Positions 1 through 8,188 are shown, counted from the first letter of the stretch. The stretch is 61,908 nt of DNA from Candidatus Limnocylindria bacterium (GCA_046262115.1 JBHENJ010000029.1:1-61908), one strand, 5' to 3'. Made by a program: numbers and translations. The notes: a model not told the origin generated them from the letters alone.

Positions 1-323
1 GGCGTCTTGTTCTCCTCCGCAACCACCGCGGCGACCGCCGCTCGCGCAGGCTTCGGAATCCATCGGAGCCGCTCATGCCCACCCTTCACCCTCACGCGGC
101 AGCGACCGGTCGCGAAGTCGACGGCGTTGGCGCGTAGCCCAAGCACTTTTCGACGCAGTCCCGTGAACAGGATCACGAGCACGATCGCCGCGTCGGGGGC
201 AGGCGCGGTTCTCCCGCCACGCGGCGCGGCCGGGGAGGTCGCGGACCGCGTGGCAGTCGTTTCGCAGACTTCGAGCGCCCCGGCCCCGCGCGCTCGCCTC
301 CGGCGTCTCTGCGCGGAGGAACC
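1..323 (-). pseudogene. Tyrosine recombinase (phage-integrase family) catalytic-domain fragment, 5'-truncated, continues off the left edge
   Basis: My minus-strand translation reads APDAAIVLVILFTGLRRKVLGLRANAVDFATGRCRVRVKGGHERLRWIPKPARAAVAAVV, which contains the TGLR Arg box and the KGG..R hairpin. There is an in-frame TGA at 324-326 and no ATG/GTG before the conserved block. It is absent from the ORF track because it has no stop inside the window. Confidence 0.55.
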
Positions 324-348
324 TCACACTAACGGTTGTTAGTGTGAG
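323..348. promoter_or_regulatory. Perfect 11-bp inverted repeat CTCACACTAAC-ggtt-GTTAGTGTGAG (operator-like palindrome)
   Basis: Read directly from the sequence. It is an AT-rich palindrome in GC-rich surroundings, directly upstream of the integrase fragment. Confidence 0.4.
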
Positions 349-719
349 CTCCGGTGCGCCTTCATCGTGCGGCCCTGGCAGCACGCCGAGCTGCAGGGAT
401 GCCGACCGAGAGTAGGCCGAAGGTAGGTCAGTAGGTCGGCGGGAGCCGCCCTCCCCGGCAGCGATTCAGCTCGGTATCAGTGGCGTGGACGCGGGCGGTC
501 AGCCTGCGAAGGCGAGGCGGGGGCAGGTCCTCGCGGCGGCGGTTAATCCGACTGGTCAAGGTTCGCTTGGTCGAGCGGCACTCTATCCGCCGCGGGGGCT
601 GTTCGATGCCCATGGAACCCATCAATTCACGCATGGCGTGCATTGTCGGTCCGATCCGGGTCGGGTCGATGGTCATGGCCTGCAAGATCGGATTCTCGAC
701 GAGGGTTACGTGCATGTCG

Positions 720-1117
720 CCTTCATCAGGGTCGTGGAGCTCAACGTGCGACGCGAGGTCGCGGATCCGGACCGGGAATAGCGGTGGCGACAGATACTTT
801 GTCAGTCGGGCCCATCAGGTCCTGGGTCGTGCGGGCGGGCCCAGATATGGACCTCGCGGCCAGGTTCGAACAGCGGACGAAAGAAGCCGAGGCCCTGAAT
901 GTGGTCCATGTGCAGGTGCGTGAGCAGCAGATGCACCGGCCGACCGTCGCCCGCCATGGCTATTCCGGCCCGCCGAATCCCGGTCCCGGCATCGAGGACC
1001 AGAACCTCCCCGTTGTCCCCCTCGACCTGCACGCATGCAGTGTTGCCCCCATATCGGATCGTTTCGGGGGCCGGCGCTCGCGAGGGATCCGCGGGAGCCC
1101 CAGACCGTGATCTGCAT
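720..1117 (-). pseudogene. MBL-fold metallo-hydrolase (Lactamase_B_2 type), disrupted
   Basis: Starts MQITVWGSRGSLASAGP in frame A (ATG 1117-1115). Continues ETIRYGGNTACVQVEGDNGEVLVLDAGTGIRR...LLLTHLHMDHIQGLGFF...EVHIW in frame B. Returns to frame A as GPPARPRT*WARLTKYLSPPLFPVRIRDL. Indels sit at the G5 run 1066-1070 and the C run ~840-842, and there is an in-frame TGA at 815-817. Similarity fades below ~720. Confidence 0.6.
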
Positions 1118-1525
1118 CTAGAAGTGGGCCATGTGGCCCTGCCACATGACGACCATCGCGCCGAGGACATGCCCTCCCGCGCTCTCGATCGGGACCGCCG
1201 TCGCCTCGACCGGGCGCAGGACCCCATCGAGGCCATGTATGTAGAACTCGGCGTGGGCCGGTCGACGCTCGCGCATCGCCATCATTCCGGGCAGCAGGTC
1301 CACCGGGAGTGGCTCGCCGTTCTCGCGGCGGGGTGCCAACAAGTTGGCCCGCTCTTCGAAGGGCAAGGCGTCGATATCGTCGAAGTGGCGGCCGAAGATC
1401 GATTCGGCGGGCTCGTTATAGAAGAGGGTGTCGCCCCGTGCATCGACGACGAGCACCGGGACACTCAGCCCGCTGGCGAGCTGGCGCGCGAGGATGAGCT
1501 CCACGGCATACGCCATAGAGTTCAT
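1118..1525 (-). CDS. Small stand-alone PAS-domain sensor protein (135 aa)
   Basis: C-terminal part of ORF 1118..2395, from MNSMAYAVELILARQLASGLSVPVLVVDARGDTLFYNEPAESIFG...PVEATAVPIESAGGHVLGAMVVMWQ. The ATG at 1525-1523 is in frame. Its TAG stop abuts the MBL ATG (TAGATG). Confidence 0.6.
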   Translation of the reverse strand: MNSMAYAVELILARQLASGLSVPVLVVDARGDTLFYNEPAESIFGRHFDDIDALPFEERANLLAPRRENGEPLPVDLLPGMMAMRERRPAHAEFYIHGLDGVLRPVEATAVPIESAGGHVLGAMVVMWQGHMAHF

Positions 1526-1616
1526 TCTGGCCAGCGAGGGCAACGTCACTTGCGACGCGAGCGAGGCCGATGCCTCGTGGCGGACCTGTCGGATGCAGTC
1601 CTCCAGGCTTGTCCAG

Positions 1617-2216
1617 CTACCGTTCGCCGCCAGCCAGAACCTCCCGCACCGATCGACCATAGGGCCAGAAGTCGTCGCGCTGACCCGACTCCCAGTGCTC
1701 TCGCAGTCCCGGCGCGGCCAGATCCCAATCCGGTCGGATCTGGCGGGTAAGCTCTCGCAGATCACGCCGCAGATCCTCGTTCGAGGGGCGGCCCAGTACC
1801 AGTAGCCGTTGTAGATCGAGAAGATGCGCAGCCCGTGTCCCAGCACGAGAGTGTGCGGGATCATCGGGTCGTGCTGGGGATCGGTGTACTTAGCAATATC
1901 CAGATCCTTCTGGACGATCCGCCCGGAATCGGAGAGGAACGGCCAGCCGGCACCGAGCGCGTCGCGCATTTCGTTGGTCTCGAGCAGGTTGTCGTTCGAG
2001 ACCGTGACGATCTTCGTATAGGCCACGCGGATCTCTGGGTACAGATCCACGAGGTTGCGCAGCTGTCTGCGGTCCTTCGGGCAGAAGTGGCCGCGAGAGA
2101 GGACCAAGATCATGGGGTCGCTGCCCTGGAGCTCAGACAGTCGGCGACGCCGGCCGGTCTGATCGGGCAGTTTCGTAGTCGGGGAACGTCGCCCCCGGAA
2201 CGATGTCGCTTCGCAT
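1617..2216 (-). pseudogene. AhpC/TSA-redoxin (thioredoxin-fold) protein with two frameshifts
   Basis: Read in three frames: MRSDIVPGATFPDYE | LPDQTGRRRRLSELQGSDPMILVLSRGHFCPKDRRQ...IYNGYWYW | GRPSNEDLRRDLRELTRQIRPDWDL...PYGRSVREVLAGGER*. There is an extra A at the A-run near 2171-2173 and a missing G at the run near 1792-1794. Confidence 0.65.
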
Positions 2217-2351
2217 GGAATGCTCCTGACTTGGTGTCTTCGCGACGCATCCGACGAGCGGACTCGGCGCGTGCGGGAATCGTCGGCTGGCCCGGGCTCG
2301 TGAGGCTGTAATCCAGCAAACGCTGCCCCGGCGCGGATGATCACCCGTCGT

Positions 2352-2699
2352 TCAGCCGAGGATGCGAGGCAGGTTGCTCGCCAGATCCCAGGCACCGACG
2401 GCGATCAGGGCAACGCCGACAACGAGCTGAAGCGCGCGCTCATGCTTCACGACGGCGCGCACGACTTGCGCTCCTCGTCCGGTCCCGATCGTCCCCAGGA
2501 GGAAAAGCGGCAGCCCGAAGCCCACGCCGAATGCGCCGAAGAAGAGCAACCGCCCCAGCGCGTCACCGATGGTCAGGCTGAAGGTAAAAAAGCCGACCAG
2601 GAACGGCCCGCTGCACGGGATGGCCATCGGGGCGAAGAGCAGGCCGTAGCTGAACGCACCGATGATTGGTCCGCGCTGCCCGATCGGTCCGATGCCGAT
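2352..2699 (-). pseudogene. CcdA/DsbD-type cytochrome c biogenesis membrane protein, C-terminal ~115 aa only
   Basis: Tail of ORF 2352..2918: GPIIGAFSYGLLFAPMAIPCSGPFLVGFFTFSL...GLPLFLLGT...LVVGVALIAVGAW. The N-terminal half, which should carry the first Cys-containing TM segments, is missing. Confidence 0.55.
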
Positions 2700-2975
2700 G
2701 ACGCCGTCGACCGCCTTGCCTTCATCCGCTCGGCGCAGGCGGTCGGGCTGACCCTGGCTGAGGTGCGCCAGGTGCTCGGCGTCGGCGACGCCGGCGAGGC
2801 GCCCTGCCGGGTCGTCACGGACCTTATCGACCGGCGATACGCCCAGGTGCGCTCGCGGATTGCCGAACTGCGTGCTCTCGAGCGTGACCTTGCACGGCTG
2901 CGTGCTCGCGCGGCGCAACTGGAACCGCGCGACTGCGACCCGTCAGGGGTCTGCCACGTTATCCCGAGGCAGGGC
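2700..2975 (+). pseudogene. MerR-family regulator, dimerisation/effector half only (HTH missing)
   Basis: Within ORF 2337..3122: DRLAFIRSAQAVGLTLAEVRQVLG...APCRVVTDLIDRRYAQVRSRIAELRALERDLARLRA...DCDPSGVCHVI. No winged-HTH segment lies upstream. It abuts the truncated CcdA fragment head-to-head. Confidence 0.5.
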
Positions 2976-3161
2976 GTGGACGGACGCGGGCCCACCATAA
3001 GCGTGCGGCGCAACCCACCCCATAACGGACGCGCCCCGCGGTCCGGGGGGCGCGCCCGACTGACCCAAGGTCGCGGCCGTTGTCTCGCTCCCGCCGCGGC
3101 CTCCGCCCGTTCGGCCCCGTAACCGTGGCGGACAGCTCGCGAGTTGTGCCGGCTCCTTGGA

Positions 3162-3722
3162 CTAGCTTGTCTGGATGTACACGTTCATGCCGCTGACGAT
3201 CTTGTTGAAGTTCAAGACGCCATCGACAACGAGCGTCACGCCCTCGCCGGAAGGATCGTCATGCGTCGCCGGCGTCTGCGGCCCGATGATGCAGAAGGTG
3301 GTGAGGGTCCCTGGGAGTGCCAGGGTCGTCCCATCGGGGGTGAGAGTGACGGGCCAGTTTCAGCGCGCCGCCACAGAAGTCCGGCGGGAGTACGGTATCG
3401 GGATCGGTGAAGGTCAGAACGCCGCAGCCGTAGAACTCGAACGAGCGCAGCGCGGTCGCCGTCCACGTGCCGGTGGCCAACGTTGCCGTCGCTGTCGGAG
3501 TGGGGTGAACGTCCCCGACGCCGTCACCGATTTGGGATGGACCGCAAATACGCCGCCGCCAGTGATCGCTACCTGGTCGCCATTCGGAGCTTCGGCGACG
3601 TTGGGCACCTCGATCTCGAGCTCGAAGGAGGCCGACTGATTGTTGGGATCTGCCAACGCCAATCCCGGCGTGAGCGCGAGCAGGGCGGTGACAGCGAGGG
3701 TGAGGGGCAAGAGTCGTCGCAC
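3162..3722 (-). pseudogene. Secreted protein of unknown function, frameshifted paralog of 11694..12287
   Basis: Signal peptide MRRLLPLTLAVTALLALTPGLALA, then DQVAITGGGVFAVHPKSVTASGTFT | HSDSDGNV | ATGTWTATALRSFEFYGCGVLTFTDPDTVLPPDFCGGALKLA | VTLTPDGTTLALPGTLTTFCIIGP...NVYIQTS*. At least three indels sit at G/C runs near 3503, 3477 and 3352. Confidence 0.5.
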
Positions 3723-3898
3723 AGCATATCCTCCCGTTGCAGACGTCAGCCACAGTAGTGGCGGAGGGGCCGGCCTGATGACAGCGACCGCGGTCGGCTC
3801 GCGTCACGCGGGATCTACGAGATCGTGTCGCGCGCGAACGGCGTATCCGGCACTTAATCGCCCCCGACCGAGAGCGCGGCGCCGAAGAGCAAACGTTG

Positions 3899-4753
3899 TC
3901 AACCCTCGAGACCCGACGCCAGGAAGCTGCGCATGATCGCGTTGAACTCGACCGGCCGCTCCATGTTGCTGACATGACCGGCACCTTGGATCACGCTCAA
4001 ACCGGCCGCAGGAATCGACGCGTAGAGCGCGTGCGCGACGGCTATTGGTGATCGCGCATCCTGGTCGCCCCAGATCAGGAGCGTCGGAACGCGGATCGCG
4101 CCGAGCAGGTCACGCGTATCGGCGCGCGCGAGCGCGGTGGCCATCAGGCGAAAGCCGAGCGGATGGAAGTCGGCCATGATCGATGCCAGCTCATCTTTGA
4201 CGTCGGTCGCCACCGATGCGCTGAACATCCCGGGCAGGTAGCGGGGCACGAACTCCGCGGGCGGAAGCAGCGAATCGCGGAGGTAAGCGGCCAAGCGCTC
4301 CTCGGCCACTTCGGCCGAGAGCGACCCCTTCCAACCGGCGTACGTTTCGGCGAGCACCAGCGAGCGCACGCGCGCCGGGTATCCCTGGTAGAACGCCTGA
4401 GCCAGCAACCCTCCCCACGAAAGACCGACAATGAAGGCGGGGTCGACCTCGAGGGCATCCAAGAACACGGCCAGGTGGGCTGCCCAGTCCTCGATCCCGA
4501 AAGGGTCGGGCGGGTCGGATGAGCCACCGGCACCTGGAGCGTCCGAGGCCAAGACGGTGAACTCGTCGGCGAGGTCGACAAGCTGGTGCCCCCACGCGCG
4601 CGAATCGTGGATGAAGCCGTGCAGGAGCACTAGCGGAGGACCTGTTCCGCGACGCCGGTACGCGACCGAACGCCCGTCCAGCTCGAGACGCTCGAGCGGG
4701 GCGAGGTCTGTGCCGGTTTCGGTGGCCGGATCCAGCGGCGACCGATGGGTCAT
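3899..4753 (-). CDS. Alpha/beta hydrolase
   Basis: ORF 3899..5017 trimmed to MTHRSPLD (ATG 4753-4751). Motifs: PLVLLHGF, nucleophile elbow GLSWGG, C-terminal GAGHVSNMERP. Confidence 0.8.
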   Translation of the reverse strand: MTHRSPLDPATETGTDLAPLERLELDGRSVAYRRRGTGPPLVLLHGFIHDSRAWGHQLVDLADEFTVLASDAPGAGGSSDPPDPFGIEDWAAHLAVFLDALEVDPAFIVGLSWGGLLAQAFYQGYPARVRSLVLAETYAGWKGSLSAEVAEERLAAYLRDSLLPPAEFVPRYLPGMFSASVATDVKDELASIMADFHPLGFRLMATALARADTRDLLGAIRVPTLLIWGDQDARSPIAVAHALYASIPAAGLSVIQGAGHVSNMERPVEFNAIMRSFLASGLEG

Positions 4754-5252
4754 GGCGATGGCCGATTCACGTGAAGTCGCTGACATCGACGACAGCTGCG
4801 AGTAGGGAGAGGAAACAAGTCGAGGAGCGGTCGGCCTCCTAGCCGGGCGGGGCTTCGCCGGGTCATCCGTTCCACCTGAGCCTCGAGGCCTCCCGCCTCG
4901 CGGGCGAGCTCGGTGTAGATCCGGCCCCACCGGAAGACGTCGTCCTCGACGCCGAAGATGTTCACGCCCACAAACTCCATGACTGATCCGTCGACTCGCC
5001 TGCCGGACAGCCGCCACTCCATCCAGACCTCGTCCTCCCGCTCAACCAGCCGAACGATCGACGCGGTCACATGAGGGATTGATCCAAACAGGCGGGTGAA
5101 GTGGCGCGCACCTTGCTGCGACCTCGCACGACCTCGCCGCGACGGGCAGGCGCCTCGTCCTCGTACTCAAGCGCGAAGCAGTCGGCGCCGTCCGGCCCGT
5201 GCCGCGAGATCGCGGCGACGAACGCCTCAACCAACGAGTTGGGTCGAGCCAC
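4750..5252 (-). pseudogene. SnoaL-like / NTF2-fold protein with one frameshift
   Basis: VARPNSLVEAFVAAISRHGPDGADCFALEYEDEAPARRGEVVRGRSKVRA | HFTRLFGSIPHVTASIVRLVEREDEVWMEWRLSGRRVDGSVMEFVGVNIFGVEDDVFRWGRIY. A C is missing near 5103. Its stop overlaps the hydrolase ATG (ATGA). Confidence 0.55.
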
Positions 5253-5573
5253 GTGCTGACTGTGGGCGAGTCGAGACTCGACGTCAATGACCGCGCCAGA
5301 CGCTCCGTGCGAGCGTGCCGCATTCGGGGGCGGTCCGGTGGACCTGCGTGGCCGAGGCACGGATTCGGACCTCCAGTGACCCAGCGCCCCTGAAGGTCCG
5401 TAGCGTCGCGTGTTCATCCAGGCTCCGCGTGGGAAACTGCGGACATTTGGTCGCACGCGCGCGGCACGCGCGGCGCCGGGCCCCCCGGACGAGGAGTGCA
5501 CGACGTGCGGTTCTCCTCACCGCGAATCGGCCCGACGACACTCGTGCGTGGCGAAGGACGGATGACTCAGGCC

Positions 5574-5858
5574 TCAGGCGCGGTTCCATCCGCGTTCGCG
5601 CGTCAGGCCCGCCACGTCGGTCGGCATCCCAGTGTGGTGGAGGAACGCATCGAGCTGGTCGATCGCCTTGGCGTATGTCGTACGCGTCGATGGGCTGCGG
5701 TTCTCGGCGTGGAGGTGGCGCAGGAACGAGGCGCGCAGTGGAGCGATCTCGCCGCTCGCGGTATAATCGGCCCTCGGGACAGGGGACTGAGCCACCGCTC
5801 GCGCCTCGTGACGGACGTCAGACTTCGCAGTCATAGGCTCAACGAGCGCTGTGGTCAA
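5574..5858 (-). pseudogene. Tyrosine recombinase N-terminal (SAM-like core-binding) fragment
   Basis: ORF 5574..5858: LRASFLRHLHAENRSPSTRTTYAKAIDQLDAFLHHTGMPTDVAGLTRE. No catalytic domain follows in any frame that I translated. It lies 30 nt upstream of repeat copy 1. Confidence 0.5.
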
Positions 5859-5888
5859 TCCTCATCCGGGAGCCGAATCGAGGTATAT

Positions 5889-5961
5889 GCTCGATTTGAG
5901 CGAGAAACGGCTCCGAACGACCCGGCGGAGTAGCTCAGTGGTAGAGCAGGGGACTCATAAG
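5889..5961 (+). repeat. Copy 1 of [upstream flank + 5' half of tRNA(CAU)]
   Basis: 5924-5961 ggcggagtagctcagtggtagagcaggggactcataag matches 12678-12715 with one C>T difference. The flank tcgatttgagcgagaaacgg resembles tcgatctgagcacgaaaccg of copy 2. Confidence 0.8.
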
Positions 5962-6120
5962 TCTCTGAACGCAAGCGCTGTGCTACGAGCGTGGGAACGC
6001 GAGCGTAAGGGCCAAAGTTATCTACTGTAACTTCGGCCACCCTGAGCGCTGTGCTACCGGCTATTTCACGCTCGTTGCGCGGAGCGTGAACCAGTCGGTT
6101 ATCGACTGTAGGCCGTAACC
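5962..6120 (+). repeat. Conserved ~160-nt module, copy 1 (att-arm, structured RNA or small insertion element)
   Basis: The first 99 nt differ from 10613-10711 by 4 substitutions. Internally it is a tandem of two ~80-nt units, each AGCGCTGTGCTAC ... GAGCGTG-type motif ... GTTATCNACTGTA(A)C hairpin. There is an 11-bp hairpin GGCCAAAGTTA/TAACTTCGGCC at 6010-6038 and a 9-bp hairpin TTCACGCTC/GAGCGTGAA at 6065-6090. Confidence 0.7.
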
Positions 6121-6149
6121 CGATTCACGCTCGGATCGGGGCCTTTTCC

Positions 6150-6186
6150 TGTCCGCGGAATCCGCCAGTACCGTTCTGGCTCCGCA
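6150..6186 (+). pseudogene. Decayed tRNA 3' half downstream of module copy 1
   Basis: GAATCCGCC (6158-6166) and CTCCGCA (6180-6186) match the T-arm/acceptor segment GAATCCGCC-CTCCGCT of the intact tRNA. They are in the same order but separated by a 13-nt insert, and the T-loop is shortened. Confidence 0.4.
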
Positions 6187-6273
6187 CGGAGCTCGTCCAT
6201 CCGTCGCGCCGCTTCCTCCTGCATCGTCGGGCTGACGTGCGAAACCGCTTAAGGGAGGTGGGCCTCCGCGCCC

Positions 6274-6733
6274 TCAATTGCCGAACGGCTTCACCACCAT
6301 CAGGAAGACCAGGACGACTATTGCCACCAGGCTGAAGTACATCGAGAAACGCGGGAAACCTGATGGACAAGTGCGGTCAACTCGCCAGATGGAGCCTCCT
6401 CCGAACTTGCCGCAGCCGCCTCGGCAACCTTGGCTGGCCAGGCCCCAGCGATTCCGGTGACCACGAATGTCAGACCGAAAACGACGTACGCCAGGACCAA
6501 CCAGGGAGCCAGGAAGTTGAGCTGGCCCGTGGCTGCCGTGATTAGACCGAAGATCAGCCCGATCACGAACATCACCGGAATGGCGATGCCAATGGTTTGA
6601 CCAGCGCGAACGTGGTGCGAATCGCTCGCACATCACCTGAATTTGCCACTCGATGGAGCAGCAGCTCCGTCCCCACCGCCAATCCGACCGCGAGGAACAT
6701 CGAGACGATGTGGAGAAACTTGAAGATCAGCAT
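6274..6733 (-). pseudogene. Integral membrane protein (DUF2269-like), two frameshifts
   Basis: MLIFKFLHIVSMFLAVGLAVGTELLLHRVANSGDVRAIRTTFALVKP | IGIAIPVMFVIGLIFGLITAATGQLNFLAPWLVLAYVVFGLTFVVTG... | FPRFSMYFSLVAIVVLVFLMVVKPFGN*. A GGAGG sits before the ATG at 6733. The shifts are near 6592 and 6350. Confidence 0.5.
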
Positions 6734-7112
6734 TGGGCACACCTCCATCCGCAGTGCCGGCTGGATCGACCCGGCCGCTCACTGCCGACGGCAGAGGACC
6801 GCTGCGTTGTCAGGAACGGAAGGATCGCTGGGAGGCGGGTCACGATTATCGGACCCTATTGCGCCTGGACTACCCTACGTCGGCGTCATCTCATCGGACC
6901 ATGCGGGTGCCTGATGCGGTCTGGCGTGATCGCGGAGAAACCGCTCGAGCGCGCCCCCATCGCGGCGGGCGCCGCGCTCACACCGCAAGCCGCGAGTCCC
7001 CGACACGCTCATCGAATCCGTCCTCCACTCCGCCCCAAACGCTGGACGGCGCCAGCGCACCGAACTAGCCTCGTTCACACCAAAGTTCCGGAAGGAAACT
7101 GCCGCGGTTGCT

Positions 7113-7511
7113 ATCGGAGTCTTTGAGGAGACCGTTCTGGGCGGACTCCGAGACGCGCTCAAGGGTCAGGTGATCGCGCCTGGGGACGCGGACTACGACA
7201 CCGCGCGCAGGATCCACAACGGCATGATCGACAAGCGGCCGGGGCTGATCGTCCGCTGCACCGGTGTCGCCGACGTCATGTCCGCGCTGGCGTTCGGACT
7301 CGAGCACGACCTGCCGATCGCCGTGCGCGCCGGAGGCCACAACGTCGCGGGAAAGGCCGTGATCGACGCCGGCCTCGTGATCGACCTCTCCGGGATGAAG
7401 GGAATGCGGGTTGACCCGGTCAACCGCATCGCGCATGCCCAAGCGGGCCTCACCTGGGGAGAGTTCGACCGCGAGACGCAGGCGTTCGGGCCGGCGACGT
7501 CTCAGACCTAG
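7113..7511 (+). pseudogene. FAD-binding (FAD_binding_4 / BBE-like) oxidoreductase, N-terminal ~130 aa only
   Basis: GQVIAPGDADYDTARRIHNGMIDKRPGLIVRCTGVADVMSALAFGLEHDLPIAVRAGGHNVAGKAVIDAGLVIDLSGMKGMRVDP...AGLTWGEFDRETQAFG, then a stop. The expected ~330 further residues are absent and there is no canonical start. Confidence 0.65.
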
Positions 7512-7641
7512 GCCTTGAAGCAGAGCAATTTGGTGCGCGCTTCGAGTCGATCGTCATGGCGATCCCAGGTCTTCGGCGCTGTGGCAGGCGGGAGCGACGA
7601 GATTCGCAGCCGAGACGGCCGATTCTGAAGGGAAATGGGGC

Positions 7642-7669
7642 TGGAGCCGACATTCGGCTTCGAACCGAG
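7642..7669 (-). pseudogene. tRNA 3'-end-like scrap (T-arm + acceptor strand + CCA)
   Basis: The minus strand reads CTCGG-TTCGAAG-CCGAA-TGTCGGC-T-CCA. No convincing anticodon arm or 5' half could be folded. Confidence 0.3.
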
Positions 7670-7670
7670 G

Positions 7671-7745
7671 ATCTACTGTTTACAAGCAGATCGGCCTGAG
7701 CGCTGCGGCACGAGCGTGGATGCTCGAGCGTTACGCTGTCCAGCT
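7671..7745 (+). repeat. Partial third copy of the module family
   Basis: ATCTACTGT...TCGGCC-TGAGCGCTGCGGCACGAGCGTGGATGCTCGAGCGTTACG parallels ATCTACTGTAACTTCGGCCACCCTGAGCGCTGTGCTAC...GAGCGTGG of copy 1. Confidence 0.5.
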
Positions 7746-7876
7746 AGCGGGTCTTCGTTTCGGGCCTGCTTCACCTCGATGGGGCGCGCCTCATGGGCAG
7801 TGGCGCAGCTGGACCGGTGGGCCTGTCACATGGCCCCGGCTCGCCGGAAGGGCGCTAGCTTGGCGTGAGGGTGTAT

Positions 7877-8188
7877 CTACTCTCGCTCGTCGATGACCAC
7901 TTCGTACCGCTCGACGCCGGTGACACTCCCGCCTACGGCGTGAGCTGCATCCCCTCGGGCTCGGTCGGCCTGCTTCTCACTTGCCCGCATCTCGTCCTCC
8001 GTTTCCCAGAAGCTCATGCTAAGCGACTTTCCAGAGCCGCGGTCGACGAGAACCAGGGCGCCATGGTCTTTGATGCCTGATTCCTTCATCTGCCGCCGAA
8101 CCGCCGGAAGGACGTTGTCCCGCCAGTTGCTGATCGTTGCATCGATCTGCTCTGGCGATCCGGTGTAGTAGCTCACCCTGGCGTACAT
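7877..8188 (-). CDS. Small ABM/Dabb-fold protein of unknown function
   Basis: ORF 7877..8269 trimmed to MYARVSYYTGSPEQIDATISNWRDNVLPAVRR...ALVLVDRGSGKSLSMSFWETEDEMRASE...VERYEVV. Confidence 0.5.
   Translation of the reverse strand: MYARVSYYTGSPEQIDATISNWRDNVLPAVRRQMKESGIKDHGALVLVDRGSGKSLSMSFWETEDEMRASEKQADRARGDAAHAVGGSVTGVERYEVVIDERE

Noticed and set aside
1118-2395. Single 425-aa ORF
   Set aside because: It is a read-through artefact that joins an intact PAS gene (1118-1525) to the middle frame of a doubly frameshifted redoxin gene. The linker has no homology.
5955-5975. Group I intron in the tRNA(CAU) anticodon loop, as in Azoarcus tRNA-Ile. The minus strand reads GTTCAGAGACT, resembling the group I R element.
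   Set aside because: The R-like string is on the wrong strand relative to the tRNA. I could not find a correctly ordered S/P7 partner or a terminal G at the 3' junction. Copy 2 has lost its anticodon. The insertion idea is kept only as a generic alternative in the findings.
7637-7700. Possible tmRNA (ssrA) 5' end, GGGGCTG...TTCGA
   Set aside because: No tag-peptide frame with a typical ...LAA ending was found. No downstream tRNA-like 3' end (GGTTCGA...CCACCA) occurs within 400 nt. It is better explained as the reverse complement of a tRNA 3'-end scrap.
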